In this document: positions 47,148-57,553 of the stretch, piece after piece
Position numbering within the stretch: the first letter of the stretch is position 1
Layout of the letters: each line of letters opens with the position of its first letter
Assembly (NCBI GenBank): GCA_047456295.1
Contig: CP179887.1
Span: forward strand, 559,159-623,158
Direction of reading: 5' to 3'
Origin: Candidatus Nealsonbacteria bacterium
GTDB lineage: Bacteria > Patescibacteriota > Minisyncoccia > Minisyncoccales > JANBVM01
DNA length: 64,000 nt
Program-made: the position numbers and the translations under genes
Notes under the pieces: model-generated
The model's database searches: none
What the model saw: the letters and a program-made list of their open reading frames with translations, nothing else
What the model was told of the DNA's origin: nothing

Positions 47148-49319
47148 ATGGCCAGAAAGAAGAAACGAAAAAAGAATAAGAGACCAAGACGCAGGAGAAG
47201 AAAATTCATTAGTTTTTTTCTGTCTGAAGACACAAAAAGACATATTTTTGGCTTAATCTTTTTTCTTTTAACAATAATCTTTACCTTAAGTTTTTTTGAA
47301 AAAGCAGGAGTGGCAGGAAAGTTTATCTTTGCAATCCTCTCTTTTTTAATGGGAAAAACCATGTCTCTGCTGCCTTTTATTTTAGCTCTTTCTGGATTGG
47401 CATTCTTTAGGGGAAATTATAAAAAGATATTAGAACCCTTGGGTCTAGCAATCTCTGTCTCTCTCCTGGGCATCTCTGGGATCCTGGAGGGTTTTAGTCC
47501 GGGGATGAAGCAGGGAGGATGGCTGGGATATATTTTCAGCTGGCCTTTTTTAGAATTCTTTGGTTTTTGGGTCACCCAACTCATATTCTGGGTATTAACA
47601 CTAATTGGAGGACTAATCTTCTGGCATTTATTGAAACAACCACTATCTGAAGAACCTGTTTTAGAAGAGGAGAAAAAACCATCTTTTATCAGAAAGATAT
47701 TTGCTCTTTCTTTTAAGGTCAAGAAATTGGAAAAGACCCCTCTTGTGGTTGAAAAAGAAACAAAATCTGTTAAGAAACCTTCTCTAGGGCTGGAAACCAG
47801 ACCAGTGAAAGCTGTTGTTAAAGGAGAGGAGTATAAAATGCCACCTTTGGAATTATTAGATTCAACAAAGGATCAGCCTTCTGCCGGCGATATCAGAGTA
47901 AACTCAGCCATCATTAAAAAAACTTTGGAGAGCTTTGAAATACCAGTAGAAATGTCAGGGGTAAATATCGGACCCACAGTTACCCAGTATTCTTTAAAAC
48001 CAGCTGATGGAATAAAGCTGTCTAAGATTACCTCTCTTTCCAATGATCTGGCTTTAGCCTTAGCTAACCATCCAATAAGAATTGAAGCCCCTATACCGGG
48101 TAAAAGCCTGGTAGGGATTGAGGTTCCCAACAAGATAAGATCCTTTGTTCGGTTGAAAGATTTGATACATAACCCAAGGTTTCAAGATTCTCCCTCTGCA
48201 TTAAGCTTTTGTTTGGGCAGGGATGTTTCTGGCAATCCTCTGTATGCTGACTTAGGAAAAATGCCCCATTTGTTGGTTGCAGGTTCCACTGGCACAGGTA
48301 AGACAATCTTCCTGAACAATTTAATCCTTTCACTTGTTTATAGAAATTCTCCTGACATGCTAAAATTTCTCTTAATTGACCCCAAAAGAGTGGAGTTTGC
48401 AGTCTACAATGACCTTCCCCATCTTTTATACCCGGCCATTGTTGATGCTCCCAGGGCGGTTAATGCTTTTCAATGGTTAATTGAAGAGATGGAAAAGAGA
48501 TTTAAACTATTAGCCAGGGCAAAATTAAGGAATATTTCCAATTATAATGAGCAGGCTTTTAAAAACAGAACAGAACATTTACCTTACATTGTTTTAATCG
48601 TTGATGAGCTGGCTGATTTAATGGCAGCCAAAGGCAGAGAGGTTGAATCTGGCATTGTAAGGTTGGCTCAGATGGCTCGGGCAGTGGGCATTCATTTGGT
48701 CTTAGCTACCCAGAGACCATCGGTAGAAGTGATTACAGGTCTTATCAAGGCAAACATTACTGCCAGGATCACTTTTCAGGTGGCTTCCCAGATTGATTCC
48801 AGGACAGTTTTAGATACAGGCGGAGCAGAAAAACTCTTAGGTTTAGGAGACATGCTGTACATTTCCAGCGAAATCATTAAACCGAAAAGAATTCAGGGAG
48901 CTTATGTTTCAGAAAAAGAAGTTAAAAAAGTAGTAAAATGGATAAGGACAAATTCCCCAATATCAATAATAGATCAAGAAGTCCTGAGAGAAAAAATAAC
49001 CGAGGCTTTGAATAAAAATTTAGAGGTATCCCAAATAAACAGAAAGGATTTTTCTTTTAAAGAAGATTCTTTATACGAGGAGGCAAAGAGAGTGGTTATT
49101 CAAAACAAGAGGGCTTCAGCTTCCCTGTTGCAGAGAAAATTAAGGGTAGGTTATGCCAGGGCAGCCAGATTAATAGATACGTTAGAAGGAGAAGGCATAG
49201 TGGGACCCAGCCAGGGAGCAAAACCAAGAAAGGTATATATCCTGAGAGATAGTGATGAATATCGTGAGGAAGATATTCAAGAAGACAAAAAAGACAATAA
49301 TGAATGGCAGCAGGTATAG
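47148..49319 (+). CDS. ftsK: DNA translocase FtsK/SpoIIIE
   Basis: Basic N-terminus, 4 TM helices, Walker A GSTGTGKT, Walker B IVDELADL, and a C-terminal gamma winged-helix domain. Confidence 0.95.
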   Translation: MARKKKRKKNKRPRRRRRKFISFFLSEDTKRHIFGLIFFLLTIIFTLSFFEKAGVAGKFIFAILSFLMGKTMSLLPFILALSGLAFFRGNYKKILEPLGLAISVSLLGISGILEGFSPGMKQGGWLGYIFSWPFLEFFGFWVTQLIFWVLTLIGGLIFWHLLKQPLSEEPVLEEEKKPSFIRKIFALSFKVKKLEKTPLVVEKETKSVKKPSLGLETRPVKAVVKGEEYKMPPLELLDSTKDQPSAGDIRVNSAIIKKTLESFEIPVEMSGVNIGPTVTQYSLKPADGIKLSKITSLSNDLALALANHPIRIEAPIPGKSLVGIEVPNKIRSFVRLKDLIHNPRFQDSPSALSFCLGRDVSGNPLYADLGKMPHLLVAGSTGTGKTIFLNNLILSLVYRNSPDMLKFLLIDPKRVEFAVYNDLPHLLYPAIVDAPRAVNAFQWLIEEMEKRFKLLARAKLRNISNYNEQAFKNRTEHLPYIVLIVDELADLMAAKGREVESGIVRLAQMARAVGIHLVLATQRPSVEVITGLIKANITARITFQVASQIDSRTVLDTGGAEKLLGLGDMLYISSEIIKPKRIQGAYVSEKEVKKVVKWIRTNSPISIIDQEVLREKITEALNKNLEVSQINRKDFSFKEDSLYEEAKRVVIQNKRASASLLQRKLRVGYARAARLIDTLEGEGIVGPSQGAKPRKVYILRDSDEYREEDIQEDKKDNNEWQQV

Positions 49320-49358
49320 GACTTGTTTTATGGGATAAAAATTAGTAATCTGAGATAT

Positions 49359-50348
49359 ATGGTAAAAAAGAAAAAGATAAAAACCGAAAAAGCCCAGTTA
49401 GAGGAAGCAATCACTGAAATTAGACAAAGATTCGGCGAGGGATCGATAATGAAATTAAAGGACGCCAAATTATTTAATGTTGGGGTAATTCCAACAGGGT
49501 CTATTTCTTTGGATTTAGCTCTGGGGGTAAATGGAGTACCCCGGGGCAGGGTAATTGAGATTTATGGTCCAGAAATGTCTGGAAAAAGCACTTTAGCTTT
49601 ACATATCTTAGCTGAGGCTCAGAAAAGGAAAGGGGTAGGAGCTTTTATTGATGCTGAGAATGCCTTAGATCCTGATTATGCCAGGAGGCTTGGAGTGAAT
49701 ATTGATGATTTGTTGATTTCCCAGCCTGATTCTGGTGAACAGGCTCTTCAAATCGTTGAAACCCTGGTTAAATCAGGGGAGGTTGACGTGATTGTGGTTG
49801 ATTCAGTGGCAGCTTTAGTTCCCAAAGCTGAGATTGCAGGTGAAATGGGAGAATTCCAAATCGGGCTTCAAGCTCGTTTAATGAGTCAAGCCTTGAGAAA
49901 GCTTTCCAGCCTTATTTCTAAGGCAAAGACCGTGGTTATTTTTATTAATCAGACAAGAATGAAGATAGGTGTGCGGTTTGGTAATCCTGAAACCACTCCC
50001 GGCGGCCTGGCTTTAAAGTTTTATGCTTCAGTAAGAATTAATCTGAGAAGGATTGCTCAGATAAAGCACGGGGATGAAATTATAGGGAGCAGGATAAGGG
50101 CCAAGATTGTTAAAAACAAGGTTGCAGCTCCTTTTAAAATAGCTGAGTTTGACATTTATTACAATGAAGGGATTTCCTATTTTGGAGATGTTGTAAATGC
50201 CGGTTTAAAACAAGAAGTGATTACCAGGGCAGGGAGCTGGTATCAGTATGAGAACGTAAAATTGGGGCAGGGAATGGAAGCCAGCAGAAACTTTTTAAAA
50301 GAGAATCCAGAGATAGTAAAAAGAATAAAAAAAGCTATACTGGGTTGA
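49359..50348 (+). CDS. recA: recombinase RecA
   Basis: [20 protein letters not shown], loop L2 region. ATG at 49359 is preferred over the TTG at 49323. Confidence 0.97.
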   Translation: MVKKKKIKTEKAQLEEAITEIRQRFGEGSIMKLKDAKLFNVGVIPTGSISLDLALGVNGVPRGRVIEIYGPEMSGKSTLALHILAEAQKRKGVGAFIDAENALDPDYARRLGVNIDDLLISQPDSGEQALQIVETLVKSGEVDVIVVDSVAALVPKAEIAGEMGEFQIGLQARLMSQALRKLSSLISKAKTVVIFINQTRMKIGVRFGNPETTPGGLALKFYASVRINLRRIAQIKHGDEIIGSRIRAKIVKNKVAAPFKIAEFDIYYNEGISYFGDVVNAGLKQEVITRAGSWYQYENVKLGQGMEASRNFLKENPEIVKRIKKAILG

Positions 50349-50388
50349 TAGCTGTGGTATTTGAGCAAGGATTATTGTAGGGATTCAG

Positions 50389-50586
50389 TTATTTGGTGGT
50401 ATAGGGAAGCAATCCTACATACCGAGCCCTCTTAATAGCTTTTGCTAATCTTCTTTGATGACTGGCACAGACTCCAGTTCTTTTTTTTGGTCTGATTTTA
50501 GCCAATCCTGAAGTAAACTTCCTTAGAAGCTCAACATTTTTAAAATCAATTTCCTGGATATTTCTTTGACAAAAATAACAAGCCAT
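50389..50586 (-). CDS. rpsR: 30S ribosomal protein S18
   Basis: CYFC...IDFKN..LLRKF, 65 aa, in the rpsF-ssb-rpsR arrangement. Confidence 0.9.
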   Translation of the reverse strand: MACYFCQRNIQEIDFKNVELLRKFTSGLAKIRPKKRTGVCASHQRRLAKAIKRARYVGLLPYTTK

Positions 50587-50619
50587 TATTGGTTCGTTTT
50601 ATTTTTTTATTTACCTTCC

Positions 50620-51048
50620 TTAAAAAGGTATGTCCTTGACGTTTATCTGCTCTTCTTCGATTATGGGGATTTCTTCCTCTTTTACCTCTTTTGGAGATTG
50701 AGGCGGTGTTGTTTTACCTACGGGCTTAGGTCCCAATTGAAGTCTTTGGACCACAACCTCTGTTCTGTATCTTTTGTTTCCCGAGGAATCCTGCCAGCTT
50801 CTGGTTCTGATTCCTCCTTCGAAAAAAGCCAGAGAACCTTTTATTAAATATTGGGAGGCAATCTCAGCTAATCTTCCGAATAAAACAATGTTATGAAATT
50901 CTGTTTGTTGCTGTTTCTGTCCAGACTTGTCAGTGTAATACCTGTCTGTAGCTAATCCAAAATTGGTAACAGGTTGTCCAGAAGGAAGCATCTTCGTTTC
51001 AGGATTGCGGGTTAACCGACCGATTAAAAATACCTTATTTAAATTCAT
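50620..51048 (-). CDS. ssb: single-stranded DNA-binding protein
   Basis: MNLNKVFLIGRLTRNPE OB-fold start and a C-terminal DIPF tip. Confidence 0.92.
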   Translation of the reverse strand: MNLNKVFLIGRLTRNPETKMLPSGQPVTNFGLATDRYYTDKSGQKQQQTEFHNIVLFGRLAEIASQYLIKGSLAFFEGGIRTRSWQDSSGNKRYRTEVVVQRLQLGPKPVGKTTPPQSPKEVKEEEIPIIEEEQINVKDIPF

Positions 51049-51441
51049 TTATTCACCGAGAATTTCTTCAAGTTTTTTCTCAATTTCTTTTAATTCGACC
51101 TTTGGTTTTGTTTTAATTTTTAGTCTACGTGGAGTTTTTAATACTTTCTTTTTTAATAACTTCTTTTTTAAGATTAGATATCTGAGAATCTGCTTTTCTG
51201 ATTTTATTTTTTTCTCCAAGTTTTCCAGTCTTTCAGGTTTTAAATTAAAGGTCAAATCAAATATCAAGGCTTCTTTCTCTTTTTTAATTGGATAAGCCAA
51301 CCATTTCTTAACAGGAAAATTAACCTGGTTAATTAAACCCTCCTCTTTTATAATGAAAGATTTTATTCTTTCTTCCAGAGACTTTACCTCTTCTTGTGAA
51401 AGAAGAGAAGATATTAAATAGGTAGATTGATATGATTTCAT
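51049..51441 (-). CDS. rpsF: 30S ribosomal protein S6 with a Lys-rich C-terminal extension
   Basis: Position upstream of ssb-rpsR and an S6-like N-terminal 95 aa. Confidence 0.8.
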   Translation of the reverse strand: MKSYQSTYLISSLLSQEEVKSLEERIKSFIIKEEGLINQVNFPVKKWLAYPIKKEKEALIFDLTFNLKPERLENLEKKIKSEKQILRYLILKKKLLKKKVLKTPRRLKIKTKPKVELKEIEKKLEEILGE

Positions 51442-51481
51442 GGTTTTTAAACTTATATACTTGATTATATATCTTTAGATT

Positions 51482-52510
51482 CTAAATTTTAAACTCAAGA
51501 ACATCACCATCCTTGACCTGGTAATCTTTACCCACTGTTTTTATCAATCCTTTTTCTCTGGCTCTTGACCAGGATCCAGAAAGGACTAATTGCTGCCAGT
51601 CAATGACGTCAGCCTTAATGAATTTATCTTTAAAATCAGAATGGACAGCTTCTCCTGCCTTAAGACTATTTGACCCTTTGGTTATTGTCCAGGCCTTTAC
51701 TTCTTTTCCGCCTGTTATTGTAAAAAAGGTAATTAAATTTAAAATATCATAACAAGCCACAACCAATTTATCAAGATGAGATTCCAATCCAAGCTCTTCT
51801 TTGTCTGATTCTGACAATTCTAAGATTTCTTCCTCTTCCTTTAAATTCATTATCAGGTGCTTGAATTTTATATCAGACAATTCTGGCTTGTTATCACTAT
51901 TCAAGATATATAAAATTGGTTTTGTTGTCAAAGCCTGATATTCTTTAATCTCCAATTTTTCTTCACTGGTTAAGTCTATTTGTGATATTAACCTTCCCTG
52001 AGAAACTCCTTGTTTAATTCTTTTCAAGGCTTCAATTTTTTTTGAGGTTTTTTTATCTCTTTTCTTGTCTAACCTTGAGATTATCTTTTCCAAACTCTCA
52101 AGGTCTTTCATTAAAAGCTCAACCCTTATTACTTCAATTTCTTTTTCTGGGTCAATTTGTCCTAAAACATTTTCAACCTCTGGATTCTTAAAAACCCTCA
52201 CTATATTCAGTATAGCATCACAGTTTCTAATTTGAGCTAAGAACTGATTTCCCAGTCCTTCTCCTTTGTGGGCTCCCTTGACCAGTCCTGCAATATCAAC
52301 AAACTCAATAACGGTGGGGGTTGTCTTTTCTGGTTTTATAATCTCAGCCAATTTATTTAATCTTTTGTCAGGAACAGAAACTACCCCGATATTGGGATTG
52401 ATGGTTGTGAAGGGGCGGGGAGCAATATCAACATTCTTTTTGGTAAGGGTTTTGAATAAAGTGGACTTGCCAACGTTTGGTAAACCCACAATACCTACTG
52501 AAAAACTCAT
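51482..52510 (-). CDS. ychF: Obg-like ATPase YchF
   Basis: GIVGLPNVGKSTLF, DIAGLVKGA, and a C-terminal TGS-like segment. Confidence 0.9.
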   Translation of the reverse strand: MSFSVGIVGLPNVGKSTLFKTLTKKNVDIAPRPFTTINPNIGVVSVPDKRLNKLAEIIKPEKTTPTVIEFVDIAGLVKGAHKGEGLGNQFLAQIRNCDAILNIVRVFKNPEVENVLGQIDPEKEIEVIRVELLMKDLESLEKIISRLDKKRDKKTSKKIEALKRIKQGVSQGRLISQIDLTSEEKLEIKEYQALTTKPILYILNSDNKPELSDIKFKHLIMNLKEEEEILELSESDKEELGLESHLDKLVVACYDILNLITFFTITGGKEVKAWTITKGSNSLKAGEAVHSDFKDKFIKADVIDWQQLVLSGSWSRAREKGLIKTVGKDYQVKDGDVLEFKI

Positions 52511-52549
52511 AAAGATATGATATACTAAAAATTGACGAAAAGCAACTCT

Positions 52550-53947
52550 ATGGCCAAATTAAAAAAGACAATGTTCCGCGAATACGATCTTCGGGGACGG
52601 GTCTCAAAGGACGAATTAAATAAAGAAAGTTGTGAGATTATTGGAAAGGGTTTCGGAACCTTTTTAAGACAGCGTAATGTTAAAGAGGTTATTGTTGGAT
52701 TTGATGCAAGGGAGTATTCCCAGAGACTAAAAGATGCCTTGGTGTCTGGAATAATATCTACTGGTGTTAAGGTAATTGAGATAGGCCAGGTTATTGTTCC
52801 CATTGCTTATTTTGCCCAGCGCTATTTAAAGGTAAAAGGTTTGGCAATGGTAACAGCTTCTCATAATCCAAACGGATGGAGTGGATTCAAACTGGGTTAT
52901 GATTTTGAGACCACCCTGCTCCCAGATGACATAAAAAAGCTTTACCAGATTATATTAGAGGAAGATTTTCTTGAAGGTACAGGTGATGTAAAAAAGGAAT
53001 CAGGTATTATCCAAGCTTATAATAATTATCTGGTTAAGAAGATTAATCTTAAAAGAGATATCAAGGTGGTGGTAAATGCTGGTAATGGTACAGCAGGGCC
53101 TATTGTTCCATTGATTTTAAAGAGGGCTGGTTGTGAGGTTGTGGAACAATACTGTGATATTGATTTTACCTTTCCTCATCACGAACCTAATCCAGCCAGT
53201 TTAGAGGCTCTTAAAGCTTTGTCATCTAAGGTTAGGGAAACCAAGGCTGATATAGGGCTTGGTTTTGATGGCGATGGAGATCGTTTGGGGATGGTTGATG
53301 AAAAAGGAGGAATCATCTGGCCTGACCGCTTTATGATATTGCTGGTTCGTCAGGTGCTTAAAGAAAAACCAGGTTCTAGTATTGTTTTTGATGTTAAATG
53401 CTCTCAGGCTTTAATTGAAGAAATTGAGAAAAACAAGGGTAATCCTGTTATGTGGAAGACAGGACATTCATATATAAAGGAAAAAGCCAAAGAGGTTGAT
53501 GCAGGCTTGGCAGGAGAGAGGAGCGGTCACATCTTTTACAGACACGGATATTATGGTTATGATGATGCTGTTTTTGCCTCTTTAAAGCTGCTGGAATATC
53601 TGACAGCTCAGGACAAACCCTTATCAGAGATAATGCTGGAGACCCCTCAATACTTTACTTCTCCTGCCTGGCAGGTGGATTGTGCCGATGAAGTAAAATA
53701 CCAGGTGGTAGAGAGATTAACAGAAGAATTGAAAAAAGAATATGGTTCAGACAAGATTATTGATATCAGTGGTGCCCGGGTTAAATTTGATGACGGCTGG
53801 GGATTGGTCAGGGCTTCTTCTAATTTACCTGTTCTTGTTTTAGTATTTGAGTCAAAAACCAAAGAAGGTCTTAAAAGGATTGAGGATATCTTCCGCCAAA
53901 AACTGTCTCAATATCCAGAGATAGGAAAAGAGTGGAAGAGCGGTTAA
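52550..53947 (+). CDS. phosphomannomutase/phosphoglucomutase
   Basis: Active-site TASHNP, metal loop GFDGDGDR, sugar loop GERSGH. ATG at 52550 is preferred over the TTG at 52532. Confidence 0.9.
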   Translation: MAKLKKTMFREYDLRGRVSKDELNKESCEIIGKGFGTFLRQRNVKEVIVGFDAREYSQRLKDALVSGIISTGVKVIEIGQVIVPIAYFAQRYLKVKGLAMVTASHNPNGWSGFKLGYDFETTLLPDDIKKLYQIILEEDFLEGTGDVKKESGIIQAYNNYLVKKINLKRDIKVVVNAGNGTAGPIVPLILKRAGCEVVEQYCDIDFTFPHHEPNPASLEALKALSSKVRETKADIGLGFDGDGDRLGMVDEKGGIIWPDRFMILLVRQVLKEKPGSSIVFDVKCSQALIEEIEKNKGNPVMWKTGHSYIKEKAKEVDAGLAGERSGHIFYRHGYYGYDDAVFASLKLLEYLTAQDKPLSEIMLETPQYFTSPAWQVDCADEVKYQVVERLTEELKKEYGSDKIIDISGARVKFDDGWGLVRASSNLPVLVLVFESKTKEGLKRIEDIFRQKLSQYPEIGKEWKSG

Positions 53948-54921
53948 AGGAGACCCATGTTCTTCTTGACCTCCTTGATGGTAGATTGAGCAATAATCTC
54001 TGCTTTTCTTTTACCCTGGTTTAAAATCTCATTCACATAAACTTCTCTATTAAGGAGTTCTTTTCTTTTTTGTCTGAGGGGTTCCAAAGATTTTATTAAG
54101 ACCTTAACAAGGGATTCTTTGAATTGTACATAGTTTTGGTCTTTAAACTCTGTTTCCAGCTGTTTAATTGGTTTTTCTGAGAACAATGAATAGATGGTCA
54201 AAAGATTAGAAATACCTGGTTTTTTTTGAGGATTGTATACAATTTCTTTTCCAGTGTCTGTAACAGCAGCCATTACTTTTGATTTAATGATTCTTGGTTT
54301 GTCGAACAGACCAATATATCCTCTGGGATTGCCGGTCTTTGACATCTTTTTTGTCGGATTTTGTAGAGACATGATCTTAGCTCCTGTTTTGGAAAGAAGG
54401 GTCTGGGGTAATTTAAAGGTCTTGCCGAATTGCTGGTTAAATCTTCTGGCAATAGTCCTGGTTAATTCCACATGCTGCTGCTGATCCTTGCCCACAGGGA
54501 CTAATTGGGTTTGATAGAGTAAGATGTCAGCTGCCATTAAAACAGGATAATTCAACAGGCCGGCATTGACATATTTGGGATGTTTCTTGGTTTTTTCTTT
54601 AAACTGAGTCATTCTCTGCAGTTCTCCCACCGGGATAATGGTGCCCAGCAACCAGGCTAATTCAGAGTGTTCTTTTATTTTGGATTGGACAAAGATAATG
54701 GATTTTTCAGGATTCAAACCAGCTGTCAGATAAGTGACTGTTGTTTCCAGGATGTTTTTTTGTAATTGCTCTTTTTTATATGGAGTAGTGATGGCATGTA
54801 AATCAACGATACAGAAAATACATTCATTTTTTTCCTGAAGTTTGACCCATTGCTTGATTGCTCCTAAATAATTCCCGATGTGAACATCTCCTGTTGGTCT
54901 GACACCGCTAAAGATTCTCAT
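53944..54921 (-). CDS. trpS: tryptophan--tRNA ligase
   Basis: HIGN (HIGH motif) and KMSKT (KMSKS motif). 325 aa. Confidence 0.93.
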   Translation of the reverse strand: MRIFSGVRPTGDVHIGNYLGAIKQWVKLQEKNECIFCIVDLHAITTPYKKEQLQKNILETTVTYLTAGLNPEKSIIFVQSKIKEHSELAWLLGTIIPVGELQRMTQFKEKTKKHPKYVNAGLLNYPVLMAADILLYQTQLVPVGKDQQQHVELTRTIARRFNQQFGKTFKLPQTLLSKTGAKIMSLQNPTKKMSKTGNPRGYIGLFDKPRIIKSKVMAAVTDTGKEIVYNPQKKPGISNLLTIYSLFSEKPIKQLETEFKDQNYVQFKESLVKVLIKSLEPLRQKRKELLNREVYVNEILNQGKRKAEIIAQSTIKEVKKNMGLL

Positions 54922-54925
54922 GGTT

Positions 54926-56656
54926 TTATACTTCTATTACTACTGGAAGAATCATGGGACGACGTTGAGTGCGGGAAAAAAGAAACCCGCCTATCTTGTT
55001 CCTTAACTCGTCTTTAATATAGCTCCAGTTGACAGCTCCTCCGCTTCCAGTAGCTTTGTTGACAATCCTTATTACCCTTTTTCTTGTATCCCTGAGCAAT
55101 CCCTTGGATTCCCTGAGATAAACAAACCCTCTTGATATGATGTCTGGAGACCCCTTTACCTTGCCTGTTTGTCTGTCAACAATGGCGATGATGACAAACA
55201 TCCCGTCTTTTGCCAGCATTTGTCTGTCTCTCAGGACTATTTCACCTACGTCACCCACTCCCAGTCCGTCAACCATAATATAACTGGAAGGCACCTTCTT
55301 TTTTTCAACAAAGATATTTTTTTTGTTTAAACTAATAACCTGTCCGTTTTCAGCTACTATAATATTTTTTTCATTAATACCTATTTCTTTCGCCAATTCA
55401 GCATGGGCAAACAGCATAGAGTGCTGTCCATGGATGGGCAGGAAGAACTTGGGCTTCATAATCTTCAGCATCTTTTTTAACTCTTCTTTTTTGGCATGAC
55501 CTCCGGCATGGATATCCATCATCTTATAATGATAGACCTTGGCTCCCTGACGCAAAATCTCATCTTTCATAATCTGGACAGTCCTTTCATTGCCTGGAAT
55601 AACAGATGAAGAAAATACTACGGTATCATTCTTTTTCAGCTTCAAAAACCGATGGTCCCTATTGGCAATCCTCATTAATGCAGCTCCAGTTTCTCCCTGA
55701 GCTCCTGTGCACAAGACAGTGACCCTTGAATCTGGATAATTCTTTATCTCTTTGGCTTTAATAAACGTTCCTTTTTTTGCCTTAACATAACCTAAAATCT
55801 TGGAGATATCAATGTTTGTTCTCATTGAATATCCTTCAATACATACCTTTCTTTTGTATTTTTCAGAAATGGTAATCATCTGCTGGATTCTGTTTATTAA
55901 AGAGGCAAAGGTAGCTGCAATTACTCTGCCTGGAGCTGTCTTAAAGATTTTTTCCAGATTCTCGGAAATCTCTTTTTCTGATAATGAAGAACCTTCTTGT
56001 TCAGCTCCGGTAGAATCAGAAAGCAAGAGTAAGATATTTCTTTTTCCAAGCTGTTTTAATTTTTCAAAATTAGTCGGCAGATCGTTGATGGGATTTTTAT
56101 CAAACTTAAAATCTGAGGTATGCAGGATATTTCCTACAGGCGTCTCAATAAACAAGCCCAGATTATCCGGAATATTATGGTTTTGCTTAAAAAACTCTAT
56201 ATTGAAACACCCTAATTTTATCTTTGAACCATCTTTAACCTCATTTATATTTAATTTTGGTTGACGAGAGAATTCTTCTTGTCTCTTTAAGATTATTCCT
56301 TTGGTCAGGGGACTGGCAAATAATTTCAAATCCTTTCTGAAGATATGTTCGATTAAATAAGGAACAGCTCCGATATGGTCATAGTGACCGTGGGTAAAGA
56401 CGATTCCCAAGATATCTTTCTTTCTTTTTTTAATGTATTCGATGTTTGGAATAATGTAATCAATTCCCGGCATATTTTCTTCTGGCATGCGAAAACCAGC
56501 ATCAATAATTAAAATCTGATGTTTGTATTCCAACAAGGTCATATTGCGGCCTACTTCTCCCAGGCCGCCAAGGGGAATAAGGTGAAGATAAGGAGCTCGC
56601 TTTGGACGAGAATGCTTATACTTGCCTTCTTCGAATTTAGATTGTTTTTTGAACAT
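54926..56656 (-). CDS. rnj: ribonuclease J
   Basis: Metallo-beta-lactamase THGHYDHIG, beta-CASP region and a C-terminal domain. 576 aa. Confidence 0.9.
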   Translation of the reverse strand: MFKKQSKFEEGKYKHSRPKRAPYLHLIPLGGLGEVGRNMTLLEYKHQILIIDAGFRMPEENMPGIDYIIPNIEYIKKRKKDILGIVFTHGHYDHIGAVPYLIEHIFRKDLKLFASPLTKGIILKRQEEFSRQPKLNINEVKDGSKIKLGCFNIEFFKQNHNIPDNLGLFIETPVGNILHTSDFKFDKNPINDLPTNFEKLKQLGKRNILLLLSDSTGAEQEGSSLSEKEISENLEKIFKTAPGRVIAATFASLINRIQQMITISEKYKRKVCIEGYSMRTNIDISKILGYVKAKKGTFIKAKEIKNYPDSRVTVLCTGAQGETGAALMRIANRDHRFLKLKKNDTVVFSSSVIPGNERTVQIMKDEILRQGAKVYHYKMMDIHAGGHAKKEELKKMLKIMKPKFFLPIHGQHSMLFAHAELAKEIGINEKNIIVAENGQVISLNKKNIFVEKKKVPSSYIMVDGLGVGDVGEIVLRDRQMLAKDGMFVIIAIVDRQTGKVKGSPDIISRGFVYLRESKGLLRDTRKRVIRIVNKATGSGGAVNWSYIKDELRNKIGGFLFSRTQRRPMILPVVIEV

Positions 56657-56742
56657 ATATTAAATATTAATTATATTAATTAATAGATAAAGGAGAGATA
56701 CAAATTTCCTTTATTTTAAGATTATTATTAGTTATGATTTTG

Positions 56743-56826
56743 TGCCCCCGACTGGACTTGAACCAGTACGACCTTACGGTCCTTGACTCCTGAAGCCAAG
56801 GTGTCTGCCAATTCCACCACGGGGGC
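56743..56826 (-). tRNA. tRNA-Leu (anticodon CAG), long variable arm
   Basis: The reverse complement folds as acceptor GCCCCCG/CGGGGGC, anticodon stem-loop TTGGC-TTCAGGA-GTCAA and T arm CTGGT-TCAAGTC-CAG.., with discriminator A. Confidence 0.88.
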
Positions 56827-56851
56827 ATGGATATTAAGACATTCAAGGAGT

Positions 56852-57553
56852 CTAACTGTTATTCCAATTTCTAATAGCTTGTTCCCATCTTTTCCAGGTT
56901 CCCACATCCTGCCATTTTCCTTTCCACTTGTATCCAAAGAGTTTTCTTTCTTTGGCCAATATTGGGAAGAGATTTGTTTCTAACATGGAGAATCTTGCTC
57001 TCTTGGGTAAATATTTTCTAATCCCGGGATTCATTATATAGAGACCGGAATTAATGTATAGAGAAAGAGGATTCTTTGATTTTTCGCCAAACTGTATAAT
57101 CCTATCTCCTTTCATTTTAACAGAACCATAGGATTGGGGATTTTTTACCTTGACCAGGCCTACTGTTACCAAGGCTTTCTTTTTTTTATGCCATCTGATT
57201 ATCCTTTTAAGGTTTAGTTCTTTTAATTCGTCTCCATTGGAAACTATTATTGATTTAGAGAACCATTCAGGTTTTAACTTTCTGGCAACAGGGATAAAGG
57301 TGCCCGAGGGCTTTGACTCGATGATAAATTCAATCTTTTCCCTGGGGAAATAGGTAGCCTTCCATTTGTAGAAATCTTCGATATGTTTTTTTTGAATATT
57401 GATTTTAATGTCATTGATTCCATATTTTAGATAAAGGTCAACCAAATAGGTAATCACAGGTATCTTTCCTACTGGCAACAGAGGTTTTGGTATTTCCAGG
57501 GTTAAAGGATAGAGTCTTGTTCCTTCTCCAGCTGCTAAAATAAATCCTTTCAT
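56852..57553 (-). CDS. sugar-phosphate nucleotidyltransferase
   Basis: MKGFILAAGEGTRLYPLT...KPLLPV. The start at 57553 overlaps the upstream stop (ATGA). Confidence 0.8.
   Translation of the reverse strand: MKGFILAAGEGTRLYPLTLEIPKPLLPVGKIPVITYLVDLYLKYGINDIKINIQKKHIEDFYKWKATYFPREKIEFIIESKPSGTFIPVARKLKPEWFSKSIIVSNGDELKELNLKRIIRWHKKKKALVTVGLVKVKNPQSYGSVKMKGDRIIQFGEKSKNPLSLYINSGLYIMNPGIRKYLPKRARFSMLETNLFPILAKERKLFGYKWKGKWQDVGTWKRWEQAIRNWNNS

Noticed and set aside
47001-47362. Two - strand ORFs (80 and 74 aa) spanning the rpoC-ftsK junction
   Set aside because: They are antisense to the well-supported rpoC 3' end and ftsK 5' end, and the Lys/Phe-rich translation is typical of AT-rich antisense frames. 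The same reasoning applies to 50566..50847, 50963..51295, 55800..56264 and 63565..63907.
56687-56714. Hairpin ATAAAGGA-N12-TCCTTTAT between tRNA-Leu and rnj, as a third member of the TTTAAAGG hairpin family
   Set aside because: It has only an 8-bp A/T-rich stem with a large loop and different spacing to the downstream ATG (30 nt). The arms match those hairpins only partially, which is insufficient to group it with 8336 and 16661.
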